Virus record (IMG/VR): IMGVR_UViG_3300026875_000002
Direction: 5' to 3' (one strand)
From: a virus
Length of the DNA stretch: 64,000 nt
Below the pieces are notes generated by a model that did no database searches, had not been told where the DNA came from, and saw nothing but the letters and a program-made list of their open reading frames with translations. How positions within the stretch are numbered: position 1 is the stretch's first letter; every line of letters starts with the position of its first letter. Both the position numbers and the translations under genes were made by a program. Positions 1 to 8,579 of this stretch are shown here, in pieces.

Positions 1-393
1 AAACCAGAAAATATAACTCAAACGTACTGGAAACCAGTGGAACCAGGAAAAACAGTTATAAACAATAAAACAGCAAAACTCAGTGGAACAGCACTTGAAA
101 TAAGTAAACTTGAATTTTGTGAACAAAAATGTAACTGTACAGAAAAAAGTAATCCCCAAGAATGTACAGCAGCTGCAAGTACAAATGTAGCTACGATTCA
201 GAAATATCTTCGATTATTTGGTTATCTTCCCATCTATTCTCGTACTATTGGCCGTATTGAAATCAGTGGTCGTTTTTGTTATCATACAACTCAGGCAATT
301 AAACAGTTACAACAGGATTATGGTTTAACTGTTAATGGTAAATTTAATAAAGAAGTAAAGGATGTTTTCAGTAAACTAAGTGGAAGTGTATAA
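1..393 (+). CDS. 3' part of the tail-tube-initiator-like protein with a C-terminal peptidoglycan-binding-like domain (full gene at 57308-58150)
   Basis: The ORF 37-393 translation equals the C-terminus of the 280-aa ORF at 57308-58150. Confidence 0.9.
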   Translation, partial: KPENITQTYWKPVEPGKTVINNKTAKLSGTALEISKLEFCEQKCNCTEKSNPQECTAAASTNVATIQKYLRLFGYLPIYSRTIGRIEISGRFCYHTTQAIKQLQQDYGLTVNGKFNKEVKDVFSKLSGSV

Positions 394-641
394 TGATGGC
401 AAAGGATAAAAATAAAAAAAAGGATAAGGATAAAGTAAAAAATTATAGTAATAAATATAATCCATATTGGGATTTTAAAAAAGATGATAAAAAAGAAGAA
501 TCACCAGATATCCCAGAGTATCATATTTATATAAGTCATCAGAAACTTGGTACAGAAACAGCAGCAGTACCATATGAAGACCAAGGAAAAGATGACACGA
601 AAAAGAGTAGTTCTTCAGATAATAGTAAAACAAGCACATAA
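393..641 (+). CDS. Small Lys/Asp-rich hypothetical protein (tail module)
   Basis: 82-aa ORF coupled to the upstream stop (taatgatg) and in operon context. Confidence 0.6.
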   Translation: MMAKDKNKKKDKDKVKNYSNKYNPYWDFKKDDKKEESPDIPEYHIYISHQKLGTETAAVPYEDQGKDDTKKSSSSDNSKTST

Positions 642-654
642 GAGTTGATTCATA

Positions 655-2463
655 ATGGTAAATATTGCATTAGCAATAGATAATATTCATGGAAGCTCAA
701 AAGATACTGCAACACTTAACACAGTAAAATCAGTACTTGAAAGTGCAGGACATACTGTGACAAGTTATGGAGTAGGACCTAATAAGGTACAGAATGCAAT
801 GCTTAGAAACTCTGCAGATGTGATGATACAAATAGGAGGAGGAATTTGTTTAGGGACTCTTGTTGATTTCATGGCAGGTATCCGAAAAGGATATTATCAT
901 GCAAAAAAGGGAGGATTCATGTACTATGACATCACCCGTTTCGATGTTCCATCTTGGAAGGCTGTACGTGCACATGATGATCATTTCAGTAGCCAAGCAA
1001 GTTTACAACCTTACATCGGTAAAACACTAGATAGTATTTACCAACAAAATAGTGATATCATGACATATAGTTATGGTACTGATGCAACAAAAATGGCTCA
1101 AGATTGGCTAACAAAATTTGGTGGGGGTAGTGTCTCTGGTGGTGCTGAAATAGTTGAAGGTTTTATTGAAAGTGGTCGTGGGGGAAACAAAAAAAGCAGT
1201 CCCCAATTTTGGAATCAAGAAAACTATGAACCATACAAAGAAATACCCTTCCAAAACTTCAAAGTAGTAGAAGAATTTCCCAGAACAATGACAGCAGAAT
1301 TTGAAACAATAGAAAATATAGACCTTACACAGGGACGTGTAGCAGTACTGATAACAGGTGATTGCAACCCCTTTGGGGGAATAATAATCTCCAAACAGTA
1401 CAATAGTAAAGAAGGCAACTACACTTATAAATGTCAGGGGTTCATGGAGCGAATCATGGCAAACAGTATTTATGCAGTGTATAATGGAGGAAAAGATGTA
1501 TACACTGTACTTCAAGAAGTACTCGCAGATATAGGATTACCAGATACAGGGTTACTTAAAAAGAAAGAATATGATACAGCAATCACTAAAGAAAACAAGA
1601 AAAAACTAGCATCCGACACAAAACTAACAGAAACAAGTGACATGTATGATAGTGACACAAGTGACACTATCACAGATAATACAAAAAACATCACAGGAAA
1701 AGATAAACTGAACCCTATGACCACAAAAGTAAAAGGAATCTATGATAAACCAACCGTGTACGATTTCATCGCTACACTGCTTTTCAAGTACGGGGTGAAT
1801 ATTGATTTTTATGGGGATATCAATGGTATTCCTCATTTCGATGTTCAAACACTTGACTCGTGGAAAAATGATGTGTGGGTGTTTGCTTCAAAACGTGGCT
1901 TTGAAAATAATTATAAATATGGGTTTGACATCACTAACGCGGTTACACAAGTAGCCGTGAAAAACATCAGCGCTACCAATGGTACTGGTGAAATATACAC
2001 AAGTAAAGAACTGCTCGGAGTGCCCCTTGAGAATTATATAGGGCGTATGGGTATAGTTGTAGATAACCCTACAAGCAGTAGCGGTAATGGAAGTAGTACA
2101 AATCAGAGCCAGAATGGTGAGTATCAAGACAGTACGAGTAAGAAATATACGAGTACACAGATAATTACAACCAATGGGAAACCATCTTGTACAAAATGTA
2201 AGGAGATAAATGGGGGTAAAAAACCAACCTACAAATCATACAAGAAGTACTGGTATAATAAGTGTCCCTCATGTGAGGAAGAAGGAGAATTATCAAGTAC
2301 AAATAAAGGAGATGGAGTAACAGTATGTAATGAATGCAATACAAAATACTGCCAATACTGCGGATATGAACTAAAAAACCATAAATTAAGGTTAACAGAA
2401 CTGTTCAAGACAAGTAGTAATAATAGTACAAATACTACCTCGGAGGATGATGATAATGACTGA
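655..2463 (+). CDS. Baseplate hub-like protein, N-terminal part: Methanobacteriales-type alpha/beta N-domain, hub beta-rich region, C-terminal Zn-ribbon
   Basis: Lies after the tape measure and tube initiator. Hub-like motifs (YTYKCQGF, IDFYGDINGIPHF, ITNAVTQVAV). Cys cluster CTKC..CPSC..CNEC..CQYC. Confidence 0.55.
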   Translation: MVNIALAIDNIHGSSKDTATLNTVKSVLESAGHTVTSYGVGPNKVQNAMLRNSADVMIQIGGGICLGTLVDFMAGIRKGYYHAKKGGFMYYDITRFDVPSWKAVRAHDDHFSSQASLQPYIGKTLDSIYQQNSDIMTYSYGTDATKMAQDWLTKFGGGSVSGGAEIVEGFIESGRGGNKKSSPQFWNQENYEPYKEIPFQNFKVVEEFPRTMTAEFETIENIDLTQGRVAVLITGDCNPFGGIIISKQYNSKEGNYTYKCQGFMERIMANSIYAVYNGGKDVYTVLQEVLADIGLPDTGLLKKKEYDTAITKENKKKLASDTKLTETSDMYDSDTSDTITDNTKNITGKDKLNPMTTKVKGIYDKPTVYDFIATLLFKYGVNIDFYGDINGIPHFDVQTLDSWKNDVWVFASKRGFENNYKYGFDITNAVTQVAVKNISATNGTGEIYTSKELLGVPLENYIGRMGIVVDNPTSSSGNGSSTNQSQNGEYQDSTSKKYTSTQIITTNGKPSCTKCKEINGGKKPTYKSYKKYWYNKCPSCEEEGELSSTNKGDGVTVCNECNTKYCQYCGYELKNHKLRLTELFKTSSNNSTNTTSEDDDND

Positions 2464-3406
2464 AGATACAAGTACAAGTACTGGAACAGTAGCAACACAG
2501 AGCGATGGTACAACAGGTACTACTACTGGAAGTACGGATGGTACTGCTGAGCAAGTTGCGAAGAATGATCCTGAGAAGAATAAGACTCTTGCAGAAATTG
2601 AGATGAGTGAATCACTCCGTGATATGTATGACCTTGAGTTTGAACTGCCTCACACGTTTAAAGGACTACATACGAATCGATTTATATTTATGGAGTTGAA
2701 TGATCAGTTTTATGAGCAGAATTATGCGAAGATTATTGACGCTATTAAGAATAAGAAGTTTGCTCGTTATGCTGGTTTTGAGAAGGGTCGTTTTTTTGTT
2801 GAGCGTCATGAATATGGCGGGGGGATTGATGGGAGTTATACAAAGCTGAAGGTTAATCCCTTGGCTAATAGTTATGGTACCTATATGAAGCAACAGCAAC
2901 AGGCTGAGAAAACTTTGATTCAGGCAATGAACCAAGGAAAAGGAGGAAATAATAGTGGTGGAGGATTAACAAATGTAAGTGGACAAGATTGTGGAGCTGA
3001 TGTGTCCACATGGACTTCACATTCATGGGGACCAGCACAATTTGAAAAAACAGCACAAAAAATAATAGGAAATTCCTCTGCAAATTATGCTACTGATACA
3101 GCTAATATGAGTGCGGAGGAAGCAGTGAAAAGCATCAAACATAGTTATTCCTATTATAATAATAATCTGCATTGCCCTCAAGAATTATGGAAAAGTTATC
3201 CTAATATCGCCTGTAATTGTGCTGATTGGGCACGTCTTGTTAAGTGTATTTGTGATGTGCATGGAGTAAAATGTGCGATACACCACGGTAGCCATCACTA
3301 TTGGAATTATGTATATATTAATAATAAATGGGAATCAGTGGATCTTTGTACAAATAGAAATAACACATGGGATGGACATCTACGAAATACTGCGGGGTGG
3401 CAATGA
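2447..3406 (+). CDS. Hub C-terminal part fused to a transglutaminase-like (Cys-His-Asp) peptidase; probable virion-associated pseudomurein endoisopeptidase
   Basis: NCADWARL...HHYWNYVYINNKWESVD matches transglutaminase-like catalytic triad spacing. Has its own RBS (ggagg) before the ATG. Confidence 0.6.
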   Translation: MMIMTEDTSTSTGTVATQSDGTTGTTTGSTDGTAEQVAKNDPEKNKTLAEIEMSESLRDMYDLEFELPHTFKGLHTNRFIFMELNDQFYEQNYAKIIDAIKNKKFARYAGFEKGRFFVERHEYGGGIDGSYTKLKVNPLANSYGTYMKQQQQAEKTLIQAMNQGKGGNNSGGGLTNVSGQDCGADVSTWTSHSWGPAQFEKTAQKIIGNSSANYATDTANMSAEEAVKSIKHSYSYYNNNLHCPQELWKSYPNIACNCADWARLVKCICDVHGVKCAIHHGSHHYWNYVYINNKWESVDLCTNRNNTWDGHLRNTAGWQ

Positions 3407-3652
3407 ATGATAAGTAATGAACTAAAAAATTTGATAATACCTAACCTGAAATTACATCTTCCTGAAGAAAGATATCAGTATATTGAACAATGTTTTGCGG
3501 AATGTTATATCACAATTGAGGATGGTCAACAAATAGTATCCTTGGCTCCTGTCCTTGATGATGGGCTTTCCCTCCAATTTGATTTTTTGACTGGCACATT
3601 TTTTGATATTGTGAACTGGGAAGAGGTGAAAAAGGAGGGTAAATTGTTATGA
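3407..3652 (+). CDS. Hypothetical protein
   Basis: 81-aa ORF abutting the upstream stop and overlapping the downstream start; RBS ggaggg precedes the next gene. Confidence 0.65.
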   Translation: MISNELKNLIIPNLKLHLPEERYQYIEQCFAECYITIEDGQQIVSLAPVLDDGLSLQFDFLTGTFFDIVNWEEVKKEGKLL

Positions 3653-6084
3653 AATACACAACTGAAGTTGGTGAAAATGGGGAGTTCCACGCCCCCACAG
3701 AACTAATACCAGGAAGGTACAAGACAACAATCAACTATACAGACAACAAAAACCAGAAATTCGGGTCCTCAGAATGGACTGGAAAACTACACATCCGGCA
3801 CAGCGTATACCTTGAATGTAAGGACATTTCCGTGGATGCATACAGTACGACCACAATAAAAGAACGTTTGGTTGATTACCAAAAAGAACCTCTCGTAAAC
3901 GCTGAAGTTAAAATGAAATATTCAAATAGTAGTACTGTCACTACTCTTACTACTGACTCTGAAGGTTATTTTTCTTTTGTGTACAATGCTACTCGGAGTG
4001 GTACTGTTGACGTCACTTTCTCTTATGCGGGAAGTAAGTATTATATTCCCATAACTGGAACTATTACTATTACTACATTACCTTCAACGCCTACAATTAC
4101 AATAAGTGATGTGAAGAGGTATATAAAACAAGACCTTGAAATACCGGTTACGCTTAGTGTTCATAATCATAAACTAATTAATAAAACACTTATTTTCACA
4201 ATCAATAATAATACATATACTGTTACAACTGATAGTGGTGGGAATGCTACACTTACAGGGTGTTCTATTGATACTACAGGCACATATAACTGTACAGTTT
4301 CATACACTCCTAGCACAGAGAAGGTTAATGGGAGATGTGACAGCTGGGATTATAATAGTGTTTCAAAGAGTTTTATAATCATAGTTATGCCAAAAAGAAC
4401 GCCTATCGTCACTGCTACTGTTACAAGTCCTGTGGATTATAAGGGGACTAGTAACTTTGTGTTAACGTACGTGGATCCTGCTACAAATCAGCCTGTGAGT
4501 GGTGTAGGTATAATTATACAGATTCCACGCGAATCTTTTTCGGATTATCTCATCACTGATAGTAATGGTCAGATTAGTTTGAGTCATACCATGACAGTGG
4601 TAGGGTTGAATGATATTGTATTTATCACGAATGAAAGACGAGCTTTTAATAGGGTACGTGTTTCAAAAGTTGTTATTGTCAACCCTGTACAAACGAAACT
4701 TTCTGGAACAACAAATAGTATAATGTATAGTGAGGAAGCGAGTGTTACATGTACATTAACAGATGTAGATGGGAATAAGTTGAGTAATAAACGTATTACT
4801 GTATATTCTAATGATGGTGATTTTGTAGGTAATGGTACAACAAATAATAATGGGCAATGTATCATCAAATTCACTCCAGCCAATGTAGGTACACTTACCT
4901 ATACCCTACAATTCGAGGGAGACAATCAATATTCTTCACAAAACGCACAGTTTACACTCACCGTACAGAAGATATCTACAAAATTCACTGGAAATACTAC
5001 AATATCCCCACATGCAGGGGAAGAAATACCAATTACATTAACCCTTGTAACAAACAAGGGAAAAACATTACCCAACAGGACAATCACAGTCACAGATAAT
5101 AATAAAACAATTACAACAACAAGTGATTCAAAGGGACAATTCACATTCAACACCATTGGAGGATTAAATGAGAAAAGAAGCGCAACAGTAAAATATCTGG
5201 GAGACACGTATTATAACACATGCACAGCAACAATAACACTCAATTTTGGAAAATATGTTCCAACATTAAATGTAGACACAAGGGAGAATAGTATAGGGTC
5301 ACCATGTGTATTCTATGTGAAAGTATCAGGAGCTAATAATGTAACCCCTACTGGTAGTGTTACTTATGAAGCAGAATCACAGAAAAATACAGTTACATTA
5401 AGTCCTGGTGAGTGGAGTATATGTGACAAGTATGTCCCTACAGAGGCAGGGTATAACGATATCACACTAACTTACAAGGGTGATGATAATTATATTTCAG
5501 TAACAAAGGACATATCAGTCTACACTTCTCCAGGGATTGTTGAAGATTGTTCTAGTCTTGATCATTTTTACATACGAACAATCAAGTATCAAGATTATTA
5601 CCCTACTCCTACAGAGAACCCTATTGTTGACGGAGGAGGAATTCATGGGTTTTACGGTCGAGCAATCTGGGCTGAAAACCTGAAAGTAACAAATAACTGT
5701 AAGGTTACCATGGAGATACAAGTGAAAAATGTGGATCATGGTTTCAATTTTGGACTTGTAACAAAGGGAAATATGTCCCGTACTGCGGTACTTCTTGAAC
5801 AGAGTTCGAGTAGGGCTTATTTTTATTTTGCAACAAATACAAATGGAAAATATAATATTCCAAGCGTGAACTGGAATAGATTATCTCTGAATACATGGTA
5901 TACTGTTGAGTTCAATATTCAAAATGGTAAATGTACAGTGAAGGTGAATAATTCTACGTATACTCATGATATTATTATTGATGATAATACGTATCCTGCG
6001 ATTTTTGTGTGGAGTCCTCGTTTGAGTGGTGAATCTTCTTCTAGTGAAATTATATGTAGAAAGATTGTATTAATCAAAAGGTGA
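3649..6084 (+). CDS. Adhesin-like tail/baseplate protein: tandem bacterial Ig-like domains plus a C-terminal ConA/lectin-like beta-sandwich
   Basis: Repeated TTDSxG..F..YxGxxxY Ig-like motifs. C-terminal LNTWYTVEFNIQNGKCTVKVN is typical of ConA/LamG-like folds. Confidence 0.7.
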   Translation: MKYTTEVGENGEFHAPTELIPGRYKTTINYTDNKNQKFGSSEWTGKLHIRHSVYLECKDISVDAYSTTTIKERLVDYQKEPLVNAEVKMKYSNSSTVTTLTTDSEGYFSFVYNATRSGTVDVTFSYAGSKYYIPITGTITITTLPSTPTITISDVKRYIKQDLEIPVTLSVHNHKLINKTLIFTINNNTYTVTTDSGGNATLTGCSIDTTGTYNCTVSYTPSTEKVNGRCDSWDYNSVSKSFIIIVMPKRTPIVTATVTSPVDYKGTSNFVLTYVDPATNQPVSGVGIIIQIPRESFSDYLITDSNGQISLSHTMTVVGLNDIVFITNERRAFNRVRVSKVVIVNPVQTKLSGTTNSIMYSEEASVTCTLTDVDGNKLSNKRITVYSNDGDFVGNGTTNNNGQCIIKFTPANVGTLTYTLQFEGDNQYSSQNAQFTLTVQKISTKFTGNTTISPHAGEEIPITLTLVTNKGKTLPNRTITVTDNNKTITTTSDSKGQFTFNTIGGLNEKRSATVKYLGDTYYNTCTATITLNFGKYVPTLNVDTRENSIGSPCVFYVKVSGANNVTPTGSVTYEAESQKNTVTLSPGEWSICDKYVPTEAGYNDITLTYKGDDNYISVTKDISVYTSPGIVEDCSSLDHFYIRTIKYQDYYPTPTENPIVDGGGIHGFYGRAIWAENLKVTNNCKVTMEIQVKNVDHGFNFGLVTKGNMSRTAVLLEQSSSRAYFYFATNTNGKYNIPSVNWNRLSLNTWYTVEFNIQNGKCTVKVNNSTYTHDIIIDDNTYPAIFVWSPRLSGESSSSEIICRKIVLIKR

Positions 6085-6118
6085 AGTAAATAATACAGTA
6101 GGGAGGAAAAGAAGTAAA

Positions 6119-7180
6119 ATGATAAATTGTACAAAAATAAACATAAAAGAAGGAAGTACTGGAGATAATGTAAAAGAGGTACAAAAATACCTCAAATACC
6201 TCGGGTTATATGAGGGAAAAATAGATGGAAACTGTGGAAAACTAACAGTGAATAGTATCAAACAACTACAAAAACAAGAAAATATTGTACAAGATGGAAA
6301 TTTTGGACCAATAACGTGCAAAAATAGTGGTATAAATGGAAAAGATATAAGTGAATCAAATATTACACTAGATATTGGGACATGGCTTGACATGGTCAAA
6401 AGATATGATAAATATGTGGCAACAAACAAAAAAGAACCACAAATATCATATATAGATGTAAATAATAAGTATCAATACATCACAAATGTAAAATACAAAG
6501 AGATAAAAAGAAGGTATGATGAATACCTATCAAAAAATAATAATAAACCTAACTTTGTCTATATTAACTATCCTAAAACAATAACTTCAACTCCTAATAT
6601 AACAACAAAAAATTCTAATTCTAATACAACATTATATGCAAGCAGCCCTCATTTTGTATCAAGTGGTTGTAATAAGCTTGGTCAATGTACTCCTTATTAT
6701 TGTGGTGTTCATAGCCTACGACAAGTTCTATGTAAATTTGGTATAGAAGATTATAAAGAATCTACTCTTGCAGGGTGGGCTGGAACAACAACAGCGGGTA
6801 CAAGTCATGGAGGGATAAATACTGCAATAAAAAAGGTAAACAGTAAAAAAGGAACCAATATTGTAATTACTTGGAAAAATTTCAGTGATTTTGGCAGTAC
6901 AACAAAGGAACGTTTCAAAAACTTAGGAAAAGAAATCAGTAAATCAAATACGGATGCAATTATTCATAATCTCTACAGGAATAAGTATGGTCATTATGAG
7001 GTAATTAAATCAATTGATACAAAAAATAATATTGTAAAAGTATTGAATAGTCTTGGTAATCGCTGTAGTAGGCCTGCTTATTGTGGTTATATTGAAAATC
7101 GTAGTTTCAATACATTTGCTTCTTATATTGCTAATACTCCTGGTGGTCAACCTAGTATTGGTTTAGTTGTAAAAAAATAG
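6119..7180 (+). CDS. Endolysin: peptidoglycan-binding-like domain, pseudomurein-binding repeat, C39-like cysteine peptidase (PeiR-type architecture)
   Basis: GSTGDNVKEVQKYL..DG.CG..T..IKQLQ..DG.FGP.T (PG-binding 1). WLDMVKRYDKYVATNKKEP (PMBR-like). QCTPYYCG..S, GT..AGT, GHYEV, VKVLNSLG (C39-like). Confidence 0.8.
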   Translation: MINCTKINIKEGSTGDNVKEVQKYLKYLGLYEGKIDGNCGKLTVNSIKQLQKQENIVQDGNFGPITCKNSGINGKDISESNITLDIGTWLDMVKRYDKYVATNKKEPQISYIDVNNKYQYITNVKYKEIKRRYDEYLSKNNNKPNFVYINYPKTITSTPNITTKNSNSNTTLYASSPHFVSSGCNKLGQCTPYYCGVHSLRQVLCKFGIEDYKESTLAGWAGTTTAGTSHGGINTAIKKVNSKKGTNIVITWKNFSDFGSTTKERFKNLGKEISKSNTDAIIHNLYRNKYGHYEVIKSIDTKNNIVKVLNSLGNRCSRPAYCGYIENRSFNTFASYIANTPGGQPSIGLVVKK

Positions 7181-7194
7181 TAAGGTAATGTGAA

Positions 7195-7272
7195 TTGAAA
7201 GTGAAAAGATTTAAGGGTAGCTTTAAAAAACCATTACGTGAAATAAGAGAATTTAAAACTCATTGGGAGTGA
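7195..7272 (+). CDS. Putative small basic protein (25 aa), not in ORF track
   Basis: TTG start after aggtaatgtga; reads MKVKRFKGSFKKPLREIREFKTHWE; fills an operon gap. Confidence 0.3.
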   Translation: MKVKRFKGSFKKPLREIREFKTHWE

Positions 7273-7278
7273 AAACAA

Positions 7279-7392
7279 ATGAATATACAATTTGAATGGA
7301 AAATACTCAAAAACAAAATTAGAAATAAATTAAACATCCCACGAAAAAACGAAACAATAAATGAAGAAGACGGAAGAAAATTTGTACAATAA
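7279..7392 (+). CDS. Putative small protein (37 aa), not in ORF track
   Basis: ATG after ggagtga RBS; reads MNIQFEWKILKNKIRNKLNIPRKNETINEEDGRKFVQ; fills an operon gap. Confidence 0.4.
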   Translation: MNIQFEWKILKNKIRNKLNIPRKNETINEEDGRKFVQ

Positions 7393-7400
7393 AAGAGGGA

Positions 7401-8579
7401 GTGTACACATATATGACACTTGAGTATGAACTTGGTACTGATATTGATAGGCATTGGATTCTGAATAGTGAAGGTGACCTTCAAACAGTCAGTGGAAAAG
7501 ATAACCTGCGACAAGCTATTTATAATAGGATTACATGTTATTTTGATAATCTTTCATGGTGTTATGACAATTATGGTAGTTATGTGAAAGATTGGTTCGG
7601 GAGAATTAATGATGAGTATCATAAAAACACTCTAACCCATGAAATAGAAGTAAGAGTACAAGAAGATTTACGGATAGCAGAAGTAACATGTACTATTACA
7701 GATTATTCACCTTATTATATTGGTGTTCTTATTAAGGGTATTGTTGTTGAGGATTCTAGTGAGTTTAATGAATATTATATATTTGCATCAGGAACTCATG
7801 ATACTATTGTAGATAATTATAATGAAACATTTCATGAGACACATATTGTTACGGAAGGTGTTGGGTATTATAGTACTTATGGTAATGTTGTACGTGTTCA
7901 TTGTCATGTACTTGATGAAAGGAATAAACGTGTTCCAATTGGTAATGTAAGCCTTTGGTTTGGGGGTCATTTTGTGGATAGTCTTGAAATAGAGCAAAGT
8001 GGTGATACTGAGCCAGGTAGTGTTACTTTTAATGTGACCACACCTTTGTATATGAATTATGGTCGACACGAACTCAAATTTATGTATCAAGGAAAACCGG
8101 GGTATAACCCATGCGAACACACTGCGTATATTACTATTCTTGAAAAACTTCCAACGACTTCGATGATTGAAGATGAAAGTAGCCTGTATGTTATCAATAA
8201 TACGGATAACGTTGGAAGGAACGTGAATGTGGATGTGAAAGATGTTAATCTTCAACCTGTGAACATGGGTGTGGCAAATGCATCTGTGGATGATGGAGTT
8301 ATTGACACAATTACAATAACGAATCCTATTATTTATTGTAACGCAAATCTTGTTGAAGAAAAAGTATCAATAACTACAATACCTCTTCTTAGTCAACTTA
8401 CAAAAAGGTATATTTTTGTAATATCACGTAACTTCAGAGATAATGATATTATTCGTTTGATTGATAAAGATGCAAATCTTATTGATAATCTTCTTATAAG
8501 GTACCAAAATGGAAAATATTATTTTACAACTACGAAAAAGGAATATAATACAGAAACAGTGTTGAAGGTGTATGCATGA
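7401..8579 (+). CDS. gp25-like baseplate wedge subunit with a C-terminal Ig-like extension
   Basis: GDLQTVSGKDNLRQAIYNRI...YG...EIEVRVQEDLRIAEV is typical of gp25/sheath-initiator proteins. Ig-like MYQGKPGYNP motif follows. Confidence 0.7.
   Translation: MYTYMTLEYELGTDIDRHWILNSEGDLQTVSGKDNLRQAIYNRITCYFDNLSWCYDNYGSYVKDWFGRINDEYHKNTLTHEIEVRVQEDLRIAEVTCTITDYSPYYIGVLIKGIVVEDSSEFNEYYIFASGTHDTIVDNYNETFHETHIVTEGVGYYSTYGNVVRVHCHVLDERNKRVPIGNVSLWFGGHFVDSLEIEQSGDTEPGSVTFNVTTPLYMNYGRHELKFMYQGKPGYNPCEHTAYITILEKLPTTSMIEDESSLYVINNTDNVGRNVNVDVKDVNLQPVNMGVANASVDDGVIDTITITNPIIYCNANLVEEKVSITTIPLLSQLTKRYIFVISRNFRDNDIIRLIDKDANLIDNLLIRYQNGKYYFTTTKKEYNTETVLKVYA

Larger units (their letters stand above)
1..6243. 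repeat. First copy of a 6,243-bp direct repeat (matches 57758-64000); circular-genome wrap-around, unit length 57,757 bp
   Basis: Position 1 (aaaccagaaaatataactc) recurs at 57758. All ORF-track translations recur at an offset of 57,757. The window end (ggaaaact) matches 6236-6243. Confidence 0.97.
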
